From assembly GCA_964395625.1 (NCBI GenBank), contig CAYNAR010000003.1, forward strand, positions 5,857-69,856: a DNA stretch of 64,000 bases. The letters run 5' to 3'. Position numbers and translations under genes: made by a program. Numbering within the stretch: position 1 is the first letter of the stretch; each line of letters begins with the position of its first letter. Positions 14,914-22,840 of this stretch are shown here, in pieces. A model generated the notes under the pieces. The model searched no databases and was not told the DNA's origin. It saw nothing but the letters and a program-made list of their open reading frames with translations. The stretch comes from an uncultured Gammaproteobacteria bacterium (GTDB lineage: Bacteria; Patescibacteriota; Patescibacteriia; Patescibacteriales; WJLG01).

Positions 14914-16107
14914 ATGATTAGAGTAGACGATACATTCGCTTTGGCGACCAGAATGTTCCGCACTAGGCCGATGAGAACTTGGCTTACTATTCTTGGTATT
15001 GGTGTCGGTATTTCGGCCGTCGTCGTCTTGGTCGGACTTGGTTATGGTCTACAGAAATTATTGCTCGAAAAGATCGTTTTCGGCGAGGCGATGCTTTCTT
15101 TGGATGTCGTCACGCCACCATCGCAAATCATTGTCATAGATAAGAATAAGTTGACTGAATTCAGCGATATGTCCAATGTCGAGGATATAGCCCCTCTCGC
15201 TAGCTTCAGTTCTTCGGTTACTTATGGCGATTTGACATCGAGCATAATGCTCAATAGTGTCAATTCCAATTATTTTCGTTATGCCGGTGTGCGTGTTTCC
15301 GAGGGTGATTTCTTTGCTGATAACGAAAAGGATCGCGTGGTTCTTTCGTCTGCCGTTTTAAAGCTTTTCGGCAAGGAGCCGAAAGATATGATAGGTCAAT
15401 ATATCTCGATAAAAGTATTAATTCCTTCTCCCGATGGCAAAGTGCAAGAAACCCCGCTTAATAAACAGTATAGGGTAAAAGGTGTCGTCGACGACGAAAC
15501 ATCGCTTTTCGCCTATATGCCATTGGAAGAATTATCGAGCCAGGTCTCCATTCCTTTCTACGAAAGAGTCAGAGTTAAAGTCACCAACAGGGAGGTTATA
15601 AATCAAGCCGAAAAAGAATTTCTTGATAAGGGTTTTATAGTCAACGCTTTGTCTAAGACCGTCGAGCAAGCCAATAAGATATTTACAGGCATCCAAGTAA
15701 TGTTGGCCGTCTTCGGTGGTATTGCTCTCGTAGTTTCCGCCATCGGTATGTTTAACACCATGACCGTTACTCTTTTGGAGCGTACTAAAGAAATAGGTAT
15801 TATGCGTACTATCGGTGCGTCGAACGCCACTATTATGATATTGTTTTTGTCAGAGGCTATTATCATGGGATTTTTTGGAGGATTGTCCGGGGTTGTGATT
15901 GGTGTTAGTGGTGGCCTGGGGTGTAATTTGGGTCTTTCTTTATTAGCCAAGAAAATGGGCGGTGAAGCAGTGGGTCTTTTTGATTTTCCTTTGACATTTT
16001 TGACTTTTTTGATAGTATTTTCAGCTTTCTTGGGTGCTGTGACCGGTTGGTTTCCGGCCAAGCGCGCCGCCACCCTTAATCCGTTGGACGCCATTAGGTA
16101 TAGTTGA
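14914..16107 (+). CDS. ABC transporter permease, FtsX/MacB family (N-terminal TM, extracytoplasmic domain, C-terminal 3-TM FtsX domain).
   Basis: Typical 'LR..P.RT.LT.LGI.(I/V)G(I/V)..VV' N-terminus and C-terminal '(K/R)EIGI(M/L)R..GA....I..(L/I)F..E(A/S)' followed by 'P(A/S).RA(A/S)...P..A(L/I)R'. There is a 2-nt gap to the upstream NBD gene. Confidence 0.92.
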   Translation: MIRVDDTFALATRMFRTRPMRTWLTILGIGVGISAVVVLVGLGYGLQKLLLEKIVFGEAMLSLDVVTPPSQIIVIDKNKLTEFSDMSNVEDIAPLASFSSSVTYGDLTSSIMLNSVNSNYFRYAGVRVSEGDFFADNEKDRVVLSSAVLKLFGKEPKDMIGQYISIKVLIPSPDGKVQETPLNKQYRVKGVVDDETSLFAYMPLEELSSQVSIPFYERVRVKVTNREVINQAEKEFLDKGFIVNALSKTVEQANKIFTGIQVMLAVFGGIALVVSAIGMFNTMTVTLLERTKEIGIMRTIGASNATIMILFLSEAIIMGFFGGLSGVVIGVSGGLGCNLGLSLLAKKMGGEAVGLFDFPLTFLTFLIVFSAFLGAVTGWFPAKRAATLNPLDAIRYS

Positions 16108-16151
16108 AGGAGTAGTATAGTTTATTTTATAAAAAGTAAAATAGTTATTAT

Positions 16152-16682
16152 ATGTTGAAGTCAATATTAAATAAAAAGAAAGTCGTTATTTTGAGTGTGA
16201 TTCTATTAGCAGTAATCGTTGTCGTCGGATCTATTTTGATAAAAAATAAAAAAGAGAAAAATGTTTTAGAGGAGAAGCAGAGAGTAGAGGAGTCGCGTCA
16301 GCAAAGAATGGGGGCCGCGTCATGGTCTCGGGTAAGTTTCTTCGAAGGGTTGCCTATAAATGTCACACTTGCCATACCTTCTTATTTGGAAGGGAATTAT
16401 CGAATTATAAAGGGTGCGGATTTGGTCAGATTCTTATATATAAAAGATCCGTCCAACCCAGTGGAGATGTTTTTCGTTAGGGTGGGTAGTAATAATGAAT
16501 TCAATTTGTCCGAAGGCGAGTCGGAGCTACCATCCAAATGCTCGGACTATAAATTTTCTTATAAGTTATCCAAGACCGATGAATACAAAGGCTCTGATAT
16601 TAGTGGGTTCTCGCAGGCGATGGACGATATGAAATTCTTCCTTTCTGGCGAGGGGTATTTCGAATGTCGCGACAGAAAGTAA
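16152..16682 (+). CDS. Hypothetical protein with an N-terminal TM anchor.
   Basis: ORF with 'VVILSVILLAVIVVVGSILI' anchor. No recognisable motifs. Confidence 0.6.
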   Translation: MLKSILNKKKVVILSVILLAVIVVVGSILIKNKKEKNVLEEKQRVEESRQQRMGAASWSRVSFFEGLPINVTLAIPSYLEGNYRIIKGADLVRFLYIKDPSNPVEMFFVRVGSNNEFNLSEGESELPSKCSDYKFSYKLSKTDEYKGSDISGFSQAMDDMKFFLSGEGYFECRDRK

Positions 16683-16692
16683 TTATAAAACA

Positions 16693-17298
16693 ATGAATTG
16701 GGTCGATATATTAAAAATAACTATTCTTTCCGGTGTATTATTGGTGGTGTTTTTCTTTTTTCGTCGTATTTTGTTTTGGGGGTTCACTCCTTTATTACCT
16801 CATCATCCTGAAGTGGCTGAAAGAATAGTGAAAGAAATAGAGCTTCCTCCTAACGGCGTTTTCTACTGTTTTGGTTATGATGATTCCGGCCTGTTGTCCT
16901 GCTTGGAGAAAAAGTTTCCCGGCAGGACTATTATCGGAGTGGATAATGGTCGTTTTAGTCATTTTTTTTCAAGAATACAGAAGATTTTAAAAGGTAGTAA
17001 GGTGAGAATATTGCATAGCACCTATTATCGTACGGATTTACGGCGGGCTAATGCAGTCTTTTGTCACATGACTCCGGAAGAACTGAAAGAATTGTGCAAA
17101 AAACTGAAGCTGGAACCACCGACAGATTCCATCGTTATTAGTGATGGTTTTATAGTGCCGTATATGGAGACTTCAAGGGTTATAAGAGTTGAGCCGAAGA
17201 AGAAGTGGTATAGCTTTTTGGTGCATCATAAGAAAGTTTTGACCATACAAGAAAAGGAGCACACGAGGGACGGAAATATTTATTTTTATCAGGTATGA
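16693..17298 (+). CDS. Hypothetical membrane-anchored protein with a weak, degenerate class-I methyltransferase-like motif.
   Basis: N-terminal TM 'ILSGVLLVVFFFF'. 'VFYCFGYDDSGLLSCL....PGRTIIGVDNG' loosely resembles SAM-MTase motifs I/II. The assignment is weak. Confidence 0.55.
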   Translation: MNWVDILKITILSGVLLVVFFFFRRILFWGFTPLLPHHPEVAERIVKEIELPPNGVFYCFGYDDSGLLSCLEKKFPGRTIIGVDNGRFSHFFSRIQKILKGSKVRILHSTYYRTDLRRANAVFCHMTPEELKELCKKLKLEPPTDSIVISDGFIVPYMETSRVIRVEPKKKWYSFLVHHKKVLTIQEKEHTRDGNIYFYQV

Positions 17299-17359
17299 TC
17301 CGTTGAGAAACCCTTTGTTTTATAAGGTTTGTGACAACCTTCCTTCGTCACTTGTAAAG

Positions 17360-17368
17360 TGCTATAAT
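17360..17368 (+). promoter_or_regulatory. Candidate extended -10 promoter element (TGcTATAAT) upstream of the 17416 gene.
   Basis: 'aagTGcTATAATatt' lies about 48 nt before the ATG at 17416. No good -35 was seen. Confidence 0.4.
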
Positions 17369-17415
17369 ATTGGTAGTAATAATATGCTGTGGATAAGTTT
17401 ATCCATTCATGCTAT

Positions 17416-19179
17416 ATGGGAAAGAAAATAAAAGAAAAAGCAAAAAAGTCATTGCCTTTATTCCTGATGATATGTCTGGTGAATTTATTTTTCATGGGCT
17501 TTTCTTTTAATTTGAATTTTGATTTAGTCGGATTGAATCAGAATCGCGGTTTTTTGGATTTTGGGCGCGATGTTAAGGCCGATCAAGCCTCGACTACGGT
17601 AACGGTTATGAACGCTCCGCCTTGGTTCACTGTGGCTCCGGCGGAAAATCCATCTTCTACCTCGACTACTCCGGTTAATGTTGGCGCGAGTATCGGTTTC
17701 CAAGGTACTGGAACTGATGGAGAAGGTGATGATTATTGGTTTATAGTCTGTACGACAACTCAGGCTACGTCAACGATCGCTGCTCCTGCTCCGACTTGTG
17801 TCGGCGGAAACTATCTTTGCAGATCGAATAAGGCGAGTTCGACCGTGCAGGCTACTTGTACTTATAATAGCGTCAAGAACGTAGTATCGGAGACGCAGGT
17901 TTGGTATGCCTTCGTTTGCGATGACCATGCCGGAGACCCTCGTTGTAGCGTTGTAGGGGCTCAAGGCTCCGGTGATAGCGGGAGTCCGTTTTACGTGAAT
18001 CATTCCCCAACTCTTGTAAACGCTTATACTTCGGTCGATAATCAGGCTCCTGGAGGAACCTTCACGATATATGCAGAATCTACGGATACAGATAGTGCTG
18101 GCGGAGTCGATCAGATAGAGATGTACGCCTGCTCGACCAATGCTTGGACACTTTCCGGTGGATGTACGGCAACGACTCTTTGCACGGCTTCATCCACGTC
18201 TCCGGACGTCAGTTGTCAATATACGGATACGGCACCTACCCAAGACCAGGCTTATAACTATTGGGTTTTTATAAAAGATTGGCATGAATTGACTGGCATC
18301 GGCAATGGTGATACCTCCACTTATACGATAACTAACGTCGCACCAGTCGTTTCCAACGTTACTTTGAATGGTGGTGCGAATATAGGGTTGAATATTAAAA
18401 ACGCTCCTGGCATGGATGTATTAATAGGGTCCGTTAGTGTGACCGATAATAATGGTTGTCAGGATGTATTGACCGCCACCAGTACTGTTTATTTGGGTTC
18501 TGTGGCAGGTGGTGCGAATTGCGCGGCCAATGATAACAATTGCTACAAAACACCAGCAGCATTTTGTTTCGTAACCGCTTGCGATGCTGGTCCAGATATC
18601 GATGCGACAGTTACAGTGACTTGCAGCACCACCATGGCTTTTCATGCCGTTCCTACCGATGCCGACGCTGCATCGGCTGCAACCTCTTGGTTTGCCAGAA
18701 TAACAGCTTGGGATGAAACGACTTTCGGCTCTGGAGATTATAACACTCTTAATGGCGTCGAAGTTATTTCTACGGCCGCTTTAGAGGTGACGCAGACTTC
18801 GATAGATTATGGAATAATACAAGCCGGTTTGGATAGCGGAACAAAAAATTCTACAACCACGGTAGTCAATTATGGAAATACCCCGATCGATACCGCGCTT
18901 TCCGGCATGGACATGTTACGTGAAGGCATTGGTCCTGAATTAATAGGAATAGAAATGCAACAATGGAGTTTGAGTAACTTCGTTTACGGAGGTGGAACTA
19001 TAATGTCCTCGACAACCCCCTCTACAGCTGATACCGTAATAGGACGTCCGACGAGTGCGGTTGATGTGGTTGACGATGTGTATTGGGGAATCGGATTGCC
19101 GAACAGCATACCATCGGCCGATTACGAGGGTTACAACATCTTCACTGTCGTGGAGGATTTGGATGGAAACTGGAATTAG
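17416..19179 (+). CDS. Secreted Cys-rich protein, a free-standing paralog of the C-terminal ~560 aa of the giant protein.
   Basis: The ORF track starts at GTG 17389. The ATG at 17416 gives 'MGKKIKEKAKKSLPLFLMICLVNLFFMGF', a signal or anchor sequence. It is colinear with giant-protein residues encoded at about 10350-11906, for example 'WYAFVCD', 'SPF(K/Y)(I/V)NH.P', 'PGG.FTI.A...DTD', 'Y.C(R/S)TN', 'YTI(N/T)NV.PV', 'LNGG..I.LN(L/I)K', 'V.VTD.NGCQ', 'TAALE(I/V)...(T/S)ID(F/Y)G', 'VVNYGN(S/T)P(L/I)D', 'YWGIGLP'. Confidence 0.85.
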   Translation: MGKKIKEKAKKSLPLFLMICLVNLFFMGFSFNLNFDLVGLNQNRGFLDFGRDVKADQASTTVTVMNAPPWFTVAPAENPSSTSTTPVNVGASIGFQGTGTDGEGDDYWFIVCTTTQATSTIAAPAPTCVGGNYLCRSNKASSTVQATCTYNSVKNVVSETQVWYAFVCDDHAGDPRCSVVGAQGSGDSGSPFYVNHSPTLVNAYTSVDNQAPGGTFTIYAESTDTDSAGGVDQIEMYACSTNAWTLSGGCTATTLCTASSTSPDVSCQYTDTAPTQDQAYNYWVFIKDWHELTGIGNGDTSTYTITNVAPVVSNVTLNGGANIGLNIKNAPGMDVLIGSVSVTDNNGCQDVLTATSTVYLGSVAGGANCAANDNNCYKTPAAFCFVTACDAGPDIDATVTVTCSTTMAFHAVPTDADAASAATSWFARITAWDETTFGSGDYNTLNGVEVISTAALEVTQTSIDYGIIQAGLDSGTKNSTTTVVNYGNTPIDTALSGMDMLREGIGPELIGIEMQQWSLSNFVYGGGTIMSSTTPSTADTVIGRPTSAVDVVDDVYWGIGLPNSIPSADYEGYNIFTVVEDLDGNWN

Positions 19180-19193
19180 GTAAAATATTTTAA

Positions 19194-19222
19194 AGAGCGT
19201 CTTTATAAGACTCTCTTTTTTG
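19194..19222 (+). terminator. Rho-independent terminator.
   Basis: agagcgtc..gactctct stem (1 mismatch) followed by a T-run. Confidence 0.55.
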
Positions 19223-19380
19223 TTTAAAAAAAGCCATAAAAACAAAACAATACGATAATAGTTTTCCCCAGATTATTCCCTTTTTCAAGGTTTGCATTTG
19301 TTGGCTTAATATTGTATGATTTAGGATGTGATAGTATACCCATTAAAATTATTAGCATGGGTATTTTACGGTTAAAGGAA

Positions 19381-20430
19381 ATGCTGAGAAAATTAGCGCC
19401 TTTCCTAATTTTATTATTGTTCATCGGTTGGGCCTCTCCGGCTTCAGCCGGTTTTGGCGTATCTCCTCCTCGCATTAAAAATCATCAATTGACGCCTGGT
19501 TCTATTTATCCGGTCAAGATAATGCTTTTACGCTCTTCTGCCGAAGAAGATCTTCGTGCTGTTGTAAAGTTTACGGCTCAAGAGATGGAGCCATGGATAA
19601 AAATAGACAAGGGGGAGGAATTCGTGTTGCCGGCCGGTGAATTACAGGTGCCGATGACGGTTACTTTTAATATTCCAAAGAATGCCGAACTTGGTAATTA
19701 TACCGGCAATATAAATATAAAAGTCCTTCCCAAAGATGGTGGTTCCGGTGTCTCTATCGCGCTTGGTGCCAGAATAGATATTGATATAGCTTTGACTAAT
19801 GTATCAAATCCTGATTTTTTGGTTAGAACCGTCTCTGTTCCTGACTTTGAAAAGCTTGGTTCTCCGTGGAATTGGAAGTTTTGGTCGAAGATTTTTGATA
19901 GTTTTTTCTATCGCGTTAGAGTTTTGGCCAGTGTGGAGAATACTAGTAGTGTAGATACTGCACCATCAAAGATAAGTCTAGAGGTTTATGACTTGGTAAA
20001 AAGCAAAGTGCTAGAGTATGGAGAGGATAAGACGATGGAGAAAATCAAGGCTTTTTCGACGGGCAACGTAGAAGCTTCTTTTCCTACGAAGCTGCCGCCG
20101 GGTCAATATTGGGGTAAAGTTAAGGTTTATAAAGAGAATGAAATAGTCAATTTTTACGAGATAGCTTTCTCGGTTGAAAAGCCGGGTGTTCTTGGTGCTG
20201 GAGCTAGGTCTCTTGGTGCCGGACCTTGGTTGCTTTTAGGTGGACTGGTTTTTGTTTCCGTCTTTTTAGTGGCGTTCCTTATAAAGATAAGATTCTGGCG
20301 TTTTGTATTCGTTTTACTTCTTCTTCCGACCAAACCATTAGCTAAGAATGTCGGCGTTGCCGCTAGTGGTATAAACAAAGGTTTCTGGAGATGGATAGCT
20401 AAACAGGCTGAAAAGCATAAGGATAAATAA
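19381..20430 (+). CDS. Surface protein with a signal peptide, 'GFGVSPP' N-terminus, Ig-like ectodomain and C-terminal TM plus basic tail. The architecture is DUF916-like, which is an inference.
   Basis: The preferred start is ATG 19381 ('MLRKLAPFLILLLFIGWASPASA|GFGVSPPRI'); the ORF track start at 19312 is less likely. The C-terminal 'PWLLLGGLVFVSVFLVAFLIKIRFWRF' is a TM segment. Confidence 0.65.
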   Translation: MLRKLAPFLILLLFIGWASPASAGFGVSPPRIKNHQLTPGSIYPVKIMLLRSSAEEDLRAVVKFTAQEMEPWIKIDKGEEFVLPAGELQVPMTVTFNIPKNAELGNYTGNINIKVLPKDGGSGVSIALGARIDIDIALTNVSNPDFLVRTVSVPDFEKLGSPWNWKFWSKIFDSFFYRVRVLASVENTSSVDTAPSKISLEVYDLVKSKVLEYGEDKTMEKIKAFSTGNVEASFPTKLPPGQYWGKVKVYKENEIVNFYEIAFSVEKPGVLGAGARSLGAGPWLLLGGLVFVSVFLVAFLIKIRFWRFVFVLLLLPTKPLAKNVGVAASGINKGFWRWIAKQAEKHKDK

Positions 20431-20444
20431 ACCAAGGCGACTTT

Positions 20445-21749
20445 ATGTTAAGAAAATATAAAATATTGCCAATATTTTTTTTCTGCCTTTTTTTTGTTTT
20501 TTTTAGCTTTTCTTCGGAAAGGGTTGGTATTAGACAGGTTTTGGCGGATGAGAATATTCCAACTTTTTTGCAGATATTGTTGATTTGTGGAGATGGTGTT
20601 AAAGACCCTCTTTGGGAATTTTGTGACCCAGGTGACGTTTTAATGGGTTATTTGCCAGATACCGGCACATCCACTTGCCAGACGATGAATAATCCTCATA
20701 CCGGTTCTCCTTATGTTTCCGGTAGATTGGGCTGTACTAGCGATTGTACGGCTTTTTCGACAAGTACTTGTTATACTTGCGGTGACGGGTTCAAGGAAGG
20801 TCCCGTGGAGGAGTGCGATGGCACTGATTTTGGTGGTGGAACGACTTGCATGGATTACGGTTACACTAGCGGTAATTTGCATTGTGCTCCGGGTTGTAGA
20901 TTGGATCTTAGCGAGTGTGTGATTATTGGAACTACGGAACCAAAGGAAGGTGAGACTCCGACTACTGGTGGCGGAGGTGGTCTTTCCGGCGGTTCATCTG
21001 GTTTTTTGCCAGGACAAAAGATAGAGCCTGATAAGACGGTTGTCATTATAAAGGGAAAATCTTACCCTAATTCAGACGTTAGAGTCTTAATCGACGGTAA
21101 AGTGGTCGGAATCGTCAAAGCCGACTCCGCTGGAGATTTTCGCTTCCAAGAAGATGACATAACCCCAGGAATAGCCACCTTTGGTCTTTGGACGGAGGAT
21201 GAGAGAGGTTTGAAGTCGACTTTAGTGACAATAACTTTCCGCATAGCCTCTAAGTCCGTGACTACGATATCCAATATATATCTTTCACCGACAATCGATG
21301 TCGACAAGAGGAAGGTGGCTCAGGGTGAGGATATAAAGATATTCGGTAAAAGCTCCCCAAGCGTCAATTTGCAGGTTAATGTCAATTCTCTGGTCGAAAA
21401 CATAGTCACTACCACAAGTAATACCGTAGGAGACTGGACACTGTCTTTCAATACGAAGAGTCTCGAGGAAGACTTTCATTCCGCCAAAGCAATGATAAAG
21501 TTGAAAAGTCAGGAAGGTGTGATCGAGAGTAATTTTTCTCGAAGTGTTAGTTTTTATGTCGGTGTCGGGGGTCCGGATGTGGGAGAGTGCGGTATAGCTG
21601 ATTTGAATTGCGATGGCGCTGTCAATTTGGTGGATTTCTCTATTTTGCTTTATAATTGGAATACGACCGAGGCTAAGGCCGATATAAATAAAGATGGTAA
21701 AGTAGGGTTACCGGATTTCTCTATAATGATGTTCTATTGGACCGGATAG
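20445..21749 (+). CDS. Secreted protein with two Cys-rich 'CGDG..E..EECD' repeats, a Gly-rich linker, two Ig-like/carboxypeptidase-regulatory-like domains and a C-terminal dockerin-type double EF-hand.
   Basis: Signal 'ILPIFFFCLFFVFFSFSS'. 'CGDGVKDPLWEFCDPGD' and 'CGDGFKEGPVEECDGTD' match the myxococcal-type cysteine-rich repeat pattern. The C-terminal 'DLNCDGAVNLVDFSILLYNW....ADINKDGKVGLPDFSIMMFYW' is two D-x-N-x-D-G-x-x-x-x-x-D calcium loops, each followed by a helix, as in dockerin. Confidence 0.8.
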   Translation: MLRKYKILPIFFFCLFFVFFSFSSERVGIRQVLADENIPTFLQILLICGDGVKDPLWEFCDPGDVLMGYLPDTGTSTCQTMNNPHTGSPYVSGRLGCTSDCTAFSTSTCYTCGDGFKEGPVEECDGTDFGGGTTCMDYGYTSGNLHCAPGCRLDLSECVIIGTTEPKEGETPTTGGGGGLSGGSSGFLPGQKIEPDKTVVIIKGKSYPNSDVRVLIDGKVVGIVKADSAGDFRFQEDDITPGIATFGLWTEDERGLKSTLVTITFRIASKSVTTISNIYLSPTIDVDKRKVAQGEDIKIFGKSSPSVNLQVNVNSLVENIVTTTSNTVGDWTLSFNTKSLEEDFHSAKAMIKLKSQEGVIESNFSRSVSFYVGVGGPDVGECGIADLNCDGAVNLVDFSILLYNWNTTEAKADINKDGKVGLPDFSIMMFYWTG

Positions 21750-21772
21750 ATTTAAGTTTTAAATTTTAAATT

Positions 21773-22795
21773 ATGAATAATAAATTGATATTTTTAATTT
21801 TTTTGCCGTTGCTTCTTCTTATTCCGAGTTCGACTTTTGCTGCGACATTGTATCTTGATCCGGTTTTAGGCAAGCTGGGTCCGCAAGACGCCGTAGAGGT
21901 TAAGGTCAAGATAGGTGTGGCCGATGGAGAATGTATTAACGCGGCCAATATAGTTTTGAATTTTCCATCGGACGTCTTAGAGGTTAAGGATTTTATTTCC
22001 GGAGATTCATTGTTCTCTTTGTGGGTGGATAGACCAAACGATGAAAAAATAAAAGAAGCTAACGAAAAAGGAATCATTTCTTTTTCCGGTGGTTTGCCTG
22101 GTGGTTATTGTGGTAGGGTTTCCGGCGATCCCGGTGATAGCAATGTTTTAGGGGCGATAGTTGTCTCTCTTAAAAAACCCATCGTTTTTAGTAAAGCAGG
22201 TATGGATTTTTCCTCGAATACGGAAGTTTTTTTGAATGATGGTAATGGAACTTTTGCGAATATCTCTACGCAAGGAATGAATTTTGAGATAAGTAGCAAG
22301 GCATCTGGACAGCCAAAAGACGATTGGGGTAGGAGGATAAGGGAAGATAAAATTCCTCCGGAAACTTTTGTTATAGAGATAAGTAAGGATGACAGAATAT
22401 CGGATGGTCGTTATTTTATCGTCTTCTCTACTACCGATAAGCAGACAGGAATAGATCACTATGAGGTTTTGGAGAACAAGAAGGATGACGCGACCTCTTG
22501 GTTGGATAATCTGGTCGGTGTCTTAAGGAGAGCTTTGAATAAGCAAGAAAAGGAATCTTCTTTTGAAGTCGCCCAATCGCCGCATATCCTTAAAGATCAA
22601 AATTTAAAAAGTCAAATTAAAGTCAAAGCGGTAGATCGTGCCGGGAATGAGAGGGTTGTGGAATATCATAATAAGAGTAAGAGTGTCGCGACGGCTAGTG
22701 GAAAAATATCATGGCCGGTCATCGCTTTAGCACTTCTCGTCTTCGGCGTACTGATGTCTGTTTTTGCGGTGTTTAAAAGGATTAGAAAGGGGTAA
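21773..22795 (+). CDS. Cohesin-like domain protein with a signal peptide and a C-terminal TM anchor.
   Basis: 'ATLYLDPVLGKLGPQDAVEVKVKIGVADGECINAANIVLNFPSDVLEVKDFISGDSLFSLWVDRP...ISFSGGLPGGY' fits the cohesin-domain pattern annotated in CPR proteins. The 'IPPETF' Ig-like domain follows. The C-terminal 'WPVIALALLVFGVLMSVFAVF' is a TM segment. Confidence 0.75.
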   Translation: MNNKLIFLIFLPLLLLIPSSTFAATLYLDPVLGKLGPQDAVEVKVKIGVADGECINAANIVLNFPSDVLEVKDFISGDSLFSLWVDRPNDEKIKEANEKGIISFSGGLPGGYCGRVSGDPGDSNVLGAIVVSLKKPIVFSKAGMDFSSNTEVFLNDGNGTFANISTQGMNFEISSKASGQPKDDWGRRIREDKIPPETFVIEISKDDRISDGRYFIVFSTTDKQTGIDHYEVLENKKDDATSWLDNLVGVLRRALNKQEKESSFEVAQSPHILKDQNLKSQIKVKAVDRAGNERVVEYHNKSKSVATASGKISWPVIALALLVFGVLMSVFAVFKRIRKG

Positions 22796-22840
22796 TTTTG
22801 ATTTGCTAGCGTGTTTATAAAAGTATATAATAATAACAAG

